The notes below the pieces were generated by a model. The model was not told the origin of the DNA. It saw only the letters and a list, made by a program, of their open reading frames with translations, and ran no database searches. Below are positions 57,439-64,000 of a DNA stretch of 64,000 nucleotides, one piece after another. Location: the IMG/VR virus record IMGVR_UViG_3300032053_000008. The stretch is one strand, 5' to 3'. The DNA is from a virus. How positions within the stretch are numbered: position 1 is the stretch's first letter; every line of letters starts with the position of its first letter. The position numbers and the translations under genes were made by a program.

Positions 57439-60003
57439 TTAAGCGTTGACGCCGTTAATTTGCATGTTGCCGACCCACATTGTGGTGGTAGTAGCAACCA
57501 CGCCAACTCGGTACACAGCAGCCAAGGCAGCCGTAGGAGCTGTAGTACTAAATGCACCTGCCGATGTCAAATAAACTGGCTTACCAATGTCACCGGCAGA
57601 AAAGGCTGTGTCAGAAGATCCAAGAGTATGAGTACCAGTAGTTAAAACTTGAATTGCTCCAGCAGCAGACACTGCTGAGGCGTTCATTGTTACTCCATAA
57701 GCGTAAAATTTGTCTGAGCTAGTTGTGTCTTGATCTGCTTTATAAGCTCTACCAGCAGTTTCACCGCTTATGGCGTAACGCACAAAGAAAGAGGTATTAG
57801 CAGCTAAAGCTTCTCCTGCAACAGTTGACTGGCTAACATTAGAGCCAGATGCCCAAGAAAGGACACCAGAACCGTCTGTAGTAAGTGTCTGACCTGGGTT
57901 GCCGTCATCCAAAGGAAGAGTCAGGGTGTAGTTGGCTGCAAGTGCGGATGGAACTTTGAGGTTAACACGGAAAGTGAAGGTACTTTCATACAGTGATAAG
58001 GCAGGCCCGGAAGAGTTGGAGTTGTATAAAAGTAATGCACCATGGGTTGCTGAAGCGCCATTGAGTGTACTTATCGAAGAACCTACAACAAATGAAGAAA
58101 TATAGTTACTAACGCTCAGCGGCGACGCTGTTGTAGATTCCAGGAGGACTTTGAGACCAATGTCTGAATTACTAACACTTGAACCGTAAATGTCGAGCCC
58201 AATTCCCGAGTCCCTGGTGTTGTCGACATAGATAGCAGCATCACCAGTGTTCGCAGAGGGGCTTACCTGAAGACCTTTTTGCGCTGTAACCGATAAGAAT
58301 TCCGTACCAGCAATGACGACAGCGCCGTCTGTGGCGTTAGTGGTGATCGTTGCACCGCCGCCGTTCACATCGTTGTCGTAGGCATTTTGGAGTGTAGTAT
58401 AAGAAGAAACGTTAGTCCAAGTACCATCAGCACGAAGGAAGTTAGTAGTTCCACCGCCAGAAGCAGGAGCTAAACCTTTAAGAGATGTTGTAAACTGGTT
58501 AAGTAGTGCAGTTGCTTGAGTTCCGGTTAAGTCTTCAGGAGATCCGGTTCCGGCTGTGGCGCGACCCTTAAAGGTAGCTGTGGCAACGTTTGCCAACATT
58601 GAATTAGTAACAACACCGCTTGCAATAGTGGTAGCAAAAGAGCCAGTACCAGAACCTGTAACATTACCGGTCAATGTAATGGTTTGATCGCCAGTGTTGG
58701 TGCCGGACAGGTTAGAACCAGTAACAGTGCCAGAGGCACTAATAGTAGCGGCGCTAAGTGTGCCTGTAATGGTTGGGCTAGCACTAAAGACCACATTACC
58801 GGTACCAGTAGTACCTGAAACCGTTGTTCCTTGGATAGCTGCAACAGTAGTAGCTTTAGATTCGGACTGGGTAGCCGCAGAGGCAGTTACGTCACCGGTC
58901 AACTGGTTGATAGCATTAACTGTTACTATGCCAGTTTGGCCGTTAACTGAAGCAACAGCATTCGAGTTAACCGATTTTTGCCACACAGATCCACTATAAA
59001 CAACCCAGTCACCAGCAGCGAAGGTGATGTTACCGGCACCAAAGTTAACAGTGCCTGCGTCACTTGCAACATAAACGTCACCGGCATTACCTGTTCCGTT
59101 GGCTAGTGTAGGTGTGTTGGTGGATGCTGCCCAGGTACCCAGGTATTCCATAACCGAGTTAGGCAACTGGCTAACAGGGATTTTTCCGCCGCCGTCCAAG
59201 GTAGCGATACCGTTGTTAGCGCCTAGTTGGTCAAAACGAAGAGCATCACCGTTAGCGGAAGGAGCGCCGAGGCCAGTGACCTTGTTACCACCCATGGCAA
59301 GGTTGCCAGACATAGTGTCGCCAGCTTTAGCGACCTTGCTATCAATCTGGTCTTGAGCGTTGGATGTCAAAGAGTTGATAAATTGGAATTCCGTGCTCGT
59401 AACCGATCCATCAGCAATTTTAGTTGCATCGATAGATCCAGCGAGCATTGCGCTGGTAATCCCGCTAGCCTTGACTCTTAGGGTGTCGGCATTGATTTCA
59501 ATGGAAGAGTTGTCAACATTAACAGCAAGATCAAGAGTTTCGTCCCCACCTGGATTAGTAACCGACTTAGACAATCCTGCACCAGCAGTAATTGTGTTGT
59601 TAAGGTAGTCTGCATTTGTATCAGCCGCCGTTACCTTAACTTTACCGTTACCTGTACTTAAAGCTGAATCGATACCAGCCAAAGCTCCCTTAATGGTAGT
59701 GGTAGTAGGAGTAAAGTTTGTATATGTGTTGTCATCGCCAATCAGATCGGAACCGGTAACACCAGTAACTGAACTGAGTTCTGTTTCGGTAAAATAGCGG
59801 CCATCGTGTGTGTGAGAATTAGTGCCAGTTGCAAAATCTGAACCGTTTTGCAAAGCAATCAGATTTGTAACAATAGTTTTGGTTAATTCAACTGGAGTTG
59901 AAGTACCAACTTTCAAACTACCTACAATCAAGGTGTTTTGCGAAATGTCTACGTTTCGCTGAACCCCTAAAACCAAGCGACCAATTAACGACACATCTAC
60001 CAT
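57439..60003 (-). CDS. Long fibre protein
   Basis: Thr/Gly/Ser/Ala-rich; HTHDGRY, GDTMSGNL, GIATLDGGGKIP, YTLTLP...GQTLTTDGSGVLSW fibre motifs. Confidence 0.8.
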   Translation of the reverse strand: MVDVSLIGRLVLGVQRNVDISQNTLIVGSLKVGTSTPVELTKTIVTNLIALQNGSDFATGTNSHTHDGRYFTETELSSVTGVTGSDLIGDDNTYTNFTPTTTTIKGALAGIDSALSTGNGKVKVTAADTNADYLNNTITAGAGLSKSVTNPGGDETLDLAVNVDNSSIEINADTLRVKASGITSAMLAGSIDATKIADGSVTSTEFQFINSLTSNAQDQIDSKVAKAGDTMSGNLAMGGNKVTGLGAPSANGDALRFDQLGANNGIATLDGGGKIPVSQLPNSVMEYLGTWAASTNTPTLANGTGNAGDVYVASDAGTVNFGAGNITFAAGDWVVYSGSVWQKSVNSNAVASVNGQTGIVTVNAINQLTGDVTASAATQSESKATTVAAIQGTTVSGTTGTGNVVFSASPTITGTLSAATISASGTVTGSNLSGTNTGDQTITLTGNVTGSGTGSFATTIASGVVTNSMLANVATATFKGRATAGTGSPEDLTGTQATALLNQFTTSLKGLAPASGGGTTNFLRADGTWTNVSSYTTLQNAYDNDVNGGGATITTNATDGAVVIAGTEFLSVTAQKGLQVSPSANTGDAAIYVDNTRDSGIGLDIYGSSVSNSDIGLKVLLESTTASPLSVSNYISSFVVGSSISTLNGASATHGALLLYNSNSSGPALSLYESTFTFRVNLKVPSALAANYTLTLPLDDGNPGQTLTTDGSGVLSWASGSNVSQSTVAGEALAANTSFFVRYAISGETAGRAYKADQDTTSSDKFYAYGVTMNASAVSAAGAIQVLTTGTHTLGSSDTAFSAGDIGKPVYLTSAGAFSTTAPTAALAAVYRVGVVATTTTMWVGNMQINGVNA

Positions 60004-60037
60004 GATACCTTCTTATTCTTTTATGTTAAGTAAAGTT

Positions 60038-60253
60038 TTAGTCTTTACCTGTTAGATTGATTTGATCTATTTGACCTACGGTTGCCTCAATGTTGATGTG
60101 CATACCATAGATATTGAGTAACTTATTGGCTTCTAGTGTAGCTTTATTAACCGCACTTAAAATTTCATTGACTTTGTCGCTGATTTGTGTTGACAAACTA
60201 TCAATGTCTTCAGACCTCAAAGAATTAACGTCAACTTTTCTAACGCGCTCCAT
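60038..60253 (-). CDS. Small hypothetical protein (possible fibre chaperone)
   Basis: AAGGAG RBS; lies between fibre genes. Confidence 0.55.
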   Translation of the reverse strand: MERVRKVDVNSLRSEDIDSLSTQISDKVNEILSAVNKATLEANKLLNIYGMHINIEATVGQIDQINLTGKD

Positions 60254-60262
60254 AAATACTCC

Positions 60263-62512
60263 TTATAGCTGTCCAACCAATTGAATAGTCAGGACAATAT
60301 CTTTGTTTACGGGATTGGTATTATTTGCCGCTACAGATCCAAGTCTTATTACATAGTTACCAGCAACAAAACCACCAGACCCAATTTCAGGTACGGTGTT
60401 TGTCAAAGATCCGTCAATAGCTACCCACAATCGATCACCTAGGGCAGCGCTGGTAGTAACGTTTTCTAGTCGGCCACCCAAAAGGACATATCCACTAGAA
60501 CTGTTGTTAATGGCTGTCAGGGTAATTCCAATCACTTTTTCCGAATCAGCTTGGATTGTTGGATTGGTTTTTTTGATATACCCAGAAGAATCGATACATA
60601 CGCAAGACAAAGCGGAAATAGTAGAACCAGATTGATTGGTAAAAGCAGACTTTACCATTGCAGAAGCTGGCGAATAAGCTAAAGATGTTATGACGTTAAT
60701 CGGATCAGACCCATCTCCTTTAGTATAGATTAGGTCTTTTGTTGTTAAGTCTGTGTAAATACCGGCTTTATTGGATGGTAGTGGATTAGTTGAAACGGGT
60801 GTTAATTGAAGACCCGTAGGATCAATTACCCCAGTAACCTCAAGATCGCCCTGAATACTCATCAGTTTGCCACTGGCACCAGTAATTGTTACTGGCACAC
60901 CGGTAGATATATTGATAGTATTGCCAGCCAAATAAGCTGACTGCAGGGTGCTTCCACCTCCACCTCCACTAAAATAAGCCTCTCCAGATAGATCAATTCT
61001 AAAAACAACTTCATCTGTTATAAGTAGATCTTGCTGGATTTGTATTTGATTGCTTTGGGCAGATGGAGCGCCAACTTCATAATAGTCAACACCTAAAACT
61101 TGTTGAACTCCGTTAAGAAAAACTAAAAGTTCGCCACTGCCAACAATATAGGTACGGCCAGATCCAGCATTTCTTGAATCATTTGGTAGAGTAATTAATG
61201 AGCCGCTTGATATTGGACCCGTAACTTGATTGCTATTGGCTGGAGCACCAGAAACAACAAGTTTAGCTTCATAATAGATATTCTGATTGATTGTGTCCAG
61301 GTGAGGAAAAAGAACAACTTTATTTGTGGCAGTGGCAAAACCAACAACAAACACAACCTGGCCAGTTGTTGTTGGGGCAGTGCTAGTCACACCGCCAAAA
61401 ACTGTAGGAGACAAATAAACTCTAGCTCCAAGGGTAAGGCTACCGCTAGACACGGTAGCTTCACCAGCAACTTGCACTAGACCAGTGGCTCCATTGGCAA
61501 TATCGGCCACTACAACACCCAAAACGGACCCGCAGTTTGCTATTGCGTCAGCTTTTGGCAGACTAAGGTATCCGGCTGTGGAAATGTTGCCACCAACAAC
61601 TGTACCGGCAACTACGGTTGATCCGGTGTTGTTAAAAAGACTAAGAATAACACTACCGGTAGAACTGCCTGGACCACCAAATTTACGTATCAAGTCAATT
61701 ACAGCAACCGCACCCTGACGCTTAACCCGAACAGCTCCAATTGGAATAGATGGGAGCATGGTTGGATATATAGCGCTGGTATTTACAGCATTACTGGAAC
61801 CGATACTAACATTAATTGCAACTGTGGTAGATCCATCTGCCTGAGTGGTGTCTGTAGCTAAAGAGAAAATATACCAAGCATATTCTAGGGTTGTGGGAAT
61901 AGCAGTAGTAATACCAAGCATACCGGCACTGGTGGCACCAGTAATTGTACCGGCAGTAAAGTCAATAGTAGCGCCAGCAAATGTTACAACTTTACCCATC
62001 AAGGTAAAGGTAAGAGTTTCGCCTTGAAATACGTAGTCACTGCTTTGAACAGCTACTGTTGAAGTGCTAGTACTAACTAACTCTAACTGTTCCCAATAAG
62101 GGTTAGAGACTTCGTCTGGCGTTTCGCCAATAGTAAAACTTTGACCATTTTTCAGACGATATTCGTCATCAAGAATAACATCAGCACCGTCTCTACGGGC
62201 AATTACATATAGATCATTTCTTTGAGGTAAAAGGTCGGCACTAGCAACAACAACCACACTTAAGGTGGTTGGTGTATTGGTACGAATATTTGCAATAACA
62301 TAAGCTACAGTGCCAGAATTCATTATCAGGCTGGCAGCAGTAATTGCGTTAGATGACAAAACCATGCCAGGGACACTGATATAGGCCCCAGACGACCAAG
62401 TCAGGGTATTGGTGCCAGAATTCCAACTCCAATTGCCGCCAGCAATTACCTCAGCGTTATTAAGCTGGTACTCGCCTGAACGGCCCGACAATATGTCTTC
62501 TAAATTAGCCAT
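60263..62512 (-). CDS. Multidomain fibre/decoration-like virion protein
   Basis: Two copies of a capsid-cement/fibre-like module (..GV...I....G.V...G...L..G.R[VL][YW]...G..T.T.P). Confidence 0.7.
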   Translation of the reverse strand: MANLEDILSGRSGEYQLNNAEVIAGGNWSWNSGTNTLTWSSGAYISVPGMVLSSNAITAASLIMNSGTVAYVIANIRTNTPTTLSVVVVASADLLPQRNDLYVIARRDGADVILDDEYRLKNGQSFTIGETPDEVSNPYWEQLELVSTSTSTVAVQSSDYVFQGETLTFTLMGKVVTFAGATIDFTAGTITGATSAGMLGITTAIPTTLEYAWYIFSLATDTTQADGSTTVAINVSIGSSNAVNTSAIYPTMLPSIPIGAVRVKRQGAVAVIDLIRKFGGPGSSTGSVILSLFNNTGSTVVAGTVVGGNISTAGYLSLPKADAIANCGSVLGVVVADIANGATGLVQVAGEATVSSGSLTLGARVYLSPTVFGGVTSTAPTTTGQVVFVVGFATATNKVVLFPHLDTINQNIYYEAKLVVSGAPANSNQVTGPISSGSLITLPNDSRNAGSGRTYIVGSGELLVFLNGVQQVLGVDYYEVGAPSAQSNQIQIQQDLLITDEVVFRIDLSGEAYFSGGGGGSTLQSAYLAGNTINISTGVPVTITGASGKLMSIQGDLEVTGVIDPTGLQLTPVSTNPLPSNKAGIYTDLTTKDLIYTKGDGSDPINVITSLAYSPASAMVKSAFTNQSGSTISALSCVCIDSSGYIKKTNPTIQADSEKVIGITLTAINNSSSGYVLLGGRLENVTTSAALGDRLWVAIDGSLTNTVPEIGSGGFVAGNYVIRLGSVAANNTNPVNKDIVLTIQLVGQL

Positions 62513-62522
62513 TTAAGCCACC

Positions 62523-62981
62523 TTATGATAAAATTCGCCAGTCATTTAGGGTAGATGCAAAAACCAACTGCACAAATAACCCATTACGACTAAGGGCTAC
62601 GCTAGATTGCCCTTGGATAGTAGCTCCACCACCTGGAGTAACAGTTAAAGCATTGGTACCAAAAGATCCCAAGCCAGATCCGCCATCTATAATAACGATA
62701 CTGTCCCCTAAAACAGGGCCAGAAGGGAGAGTTACGTTTGTGGCAGTTGTGCCGGTGTTAACTATTAGCTGTTGCCAAGAGGTAGCGTTATAAGTAGCTT
62801 GATTTGTTACTTCTATTGTAGTATAAGCAAATCGGCCAATAGGTGCCCAAGATCCAGACAGATACTGATTAAGTCCATTTGCCGAATTAAAATATACGTC
62901 CCCTGCCTGCGGGTCTGCAGGAGGGGAAGCCAATGGAGTAAAAAGAGTACCTTTTCTTATTTTCAGGAATGATTTTGACAT
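62523..62981 (-). CDS. Virion protein with one gp9/gp10-like repeat
   Basis: Same repeat as the 560-aa protein; first gene after a TAATCTT motif. Confidence 0.65.
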   Translation of the reverse strand: MSKSFLKIRKGTLFTPLASPPADPQAGDVYFNSANGLNQYLSGSWAPIGRFAYTTIEVTNQATYNATSWQQLIVNTGTTATNVTLPSGPVLGDSIVIIDGGSGLGSFGTNALTVTPGGGATIQGQSSVALSRNGLFVQLVFASTLNDWRILS

Positions 62982-63026
62982 GTTGCGTTATCTTCCCACG
63001 TCCGATAAGCATAAAGATCCGTGGAT

Positions 63027-63033
63027 AAGATTA
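63027..63033 (-). promoter_or_regulatory. Putative late promoter motif TAATCTT (fibre operon)
   Basis: Intergenic, upstream of 62981. Confidence 0.55.
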
Positions 63034-63041
63034 AGATTTGC

Positions 63042-63302
63042 CTAGATCCTTTCCTCTTCAAAATCGTCATGTTCATCTTCGTCGTATTTATCTTCCCAGT
63101 TGTTCATTTCTTCCAGAGCAGCAACTTCTTCAATATTTTCCAGATGTTTTGCATACATATGGCCAATAATTTGGTCCATAACCAAAGCAACTATTCCAAT
63201 AATAGTCCATCCATTGCTTCCGGTAAGTATCATACCAAGAATAAATAAAGCCCAAACACCGACAGACAAAATTCTAAAGTTTTTCCAGGTTGTGCTATCC
63301 AT
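63042..63302 (-). CDS. Small two-TM membrane protein with a very acidic tail
   Basis: Two hydrophobic helices; AAGGAG RBS. Confidence 0.7.
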   Translation of the reverse strand: MDSTTWKNFRILSVGVWALFILGMILTGSNGWTIIGIVALVMDQIIGHMYAKHLENIEEVAALEEMNNWEDKYDEDEHDDFEEERI

Positions 63303-63332
63303 TTTTTAATCTCCTTGCTGGTTACTAAAATC

Positions 63333-63359
63333 TTATCGGTTGTTTTGTGGAAAACTTTA
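63333..63359 (-). promoter_or_regulatory. Sigma-28/FliA-type promoter TAAAGTTT-N11-ACCGATAA
   Basis: TAAA-N15-ACCGATAA, 30 nt before the ATG at 63302. Confidence 0.7.
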
Positions 63360-63406
63360 GTTGATATTTGCTAAGTTTGGTGTAAAAGTGTTTTCGGAGG
63401 TATTTT

Positions 63407-64000
63407 ATGCCAGATCTGGAAATAAACGGATATCGGTACGTAACTTTAAAAGACAATGACCCTTTTGACTATAACCCAGCCAAAAAAAAAGTTGTACCTT
63501 CAAGTCAAGTTATACCTAAAATGGGTACAAGTAGCAGTATGAATGAGATAGAAACAGATGAAAACTATTATCGCTATACTCGTAATAAGATAGTTACTAG
63601 ACTACAGTCTCCTATAGAGCTGTTTTATCAAGTTAGCGACCATTTAGATCTATCAAAAAAAAGATTTGTTACTTCTGTTCTTATGGATATGGCAGTAAAA
63701 AGTGCTCCATCTTTTTTTGACAGATTTAATAACACCTTTGAAAACAAAAAGATTGGACTGTTCGCTTCTCAAAAGGAAGATGGAGGAGCAATTCTAAGCG
63801 ATGAGCGTATTAGTGACAAGTTTGTTGATTTTTTTGATTTTGTGTGCATGCAAATACAAGAAGACGTATTACTTGTAAGTAATATTGACGGCACACCTCG
63901 CGTAAGTTTATGTCACTCTTTTGCCCCTAATGGATGGGGAGCCAATACTGTCATAAACAAGTCTTTTGAAGAGTTGCATAGCGAAGTGGTGTTTTCTGAT
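63407..64000 (+). CDS. DUF3445-like protein (heme-dependent oxidative N-demethylase alpha family), 5' part only
   Basis: GGAGG RBS; hand translation is open for 198 codons and includes FDFVCMQIQEDVLLV...LCHSFAPNGW....INKSFEELHSEV. Confidence 0.65.
   Translation, partial: MPDLEINGYRYVTLKDNDPFDYNPAKKKVVPSSQVIPKMGTSSSMNEIETDENYYRYTRNKIVTRLQSPIELFYQVSDHLDLSKKRFVTSVLMDMAVKSAPSFFDRFNNTFENKKIGLFASQKEDGGAILSDERISDKFVDFFDFVCMQIQEDVLLVSNIDGTPRVSLCHSFAPNGWGANTVINKSFEELHSEVVFSD

Noticed and set aside
63001-63008. TCCGATAA on the plus strand as a fourth sigma-28 promoter
   Set aside because: No TAAA 15-16 nt upstream and no credible plus-strand gene downstream
63042-63302. Holin call for the two-TM protein
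   Set aside because: It is about 8 kb from the endolysin, has an acidic rather than basic tail, and sits behind a sigma-28-type rather than late motif
354-63309. Many 60-160-aa ORFs antisense to, or nested in, the long genes
   Set aside because: They lie within well-supported genes and show no recognisable motifs; treated as shadow ORFs
1-64000. tRNA, rRNA, CRISPR array, IS/integrase, DGR reverse transcriptase
   Set aside because: Intergenic gaps are short and none of the diagnostic structures or motifs were seen by eye

Overview
A 64-kb segment of a large tailed dsDNA phage (standard genetic code; mostly minus-strand, tightly packed genes). The capsid, protease and neck genes resemble the SPO1/Twort (Herelleviridae-like) module. 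From left to right: (1) neck and head-completion genes mixed with probable head-packaged cargo proteins, including a HipA/PI3-4K-like kinase and a protein with a degenerate mCpol-like domain; (2) two tandem ClpP genes and a dCMP deaminase; (3) major capsid protein, scaffold, a 1929-aa giant protein, prohead protease, MuF-like protein, portal and terminase; (4) a replication/recombination block (SbcD, GroES-like, DnaB-like helicase, primase, RecA, UvsY-like, gp32-like SSB, DnaE, phosphoesterase, RuvC-like, SbcC); (5) GroEL, an HTH protein, a dyad-symmetric intergenic region, an SF2 helicase, a truncated sigma-70-family factor and a dNMP kinase; (6) an M15 endolysin, a fibre cluster and a partial DUF3445-like gene. 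The most notable signals are a layered promoter system (three near-consensus sigma-28/FliA-type promoters, a -10-only TAATCTT late motif, and a sigma factor lacking region 4.2 with a possible separate HTH partner), a candidate ~70-nt late sRNA carrying an anti-Shine-Dalgarno sequence, a protease/capsid-arm/pseudokinase fusion, a phi-x-K|[S/T/A] processing tag on many head proteins, and an in-frame TGA in the tail-collar fibre gene. All family assignments are from motif recognition by eye; no searches were run. No tRNA, rRNA, CRISPR array or IS element was seen.
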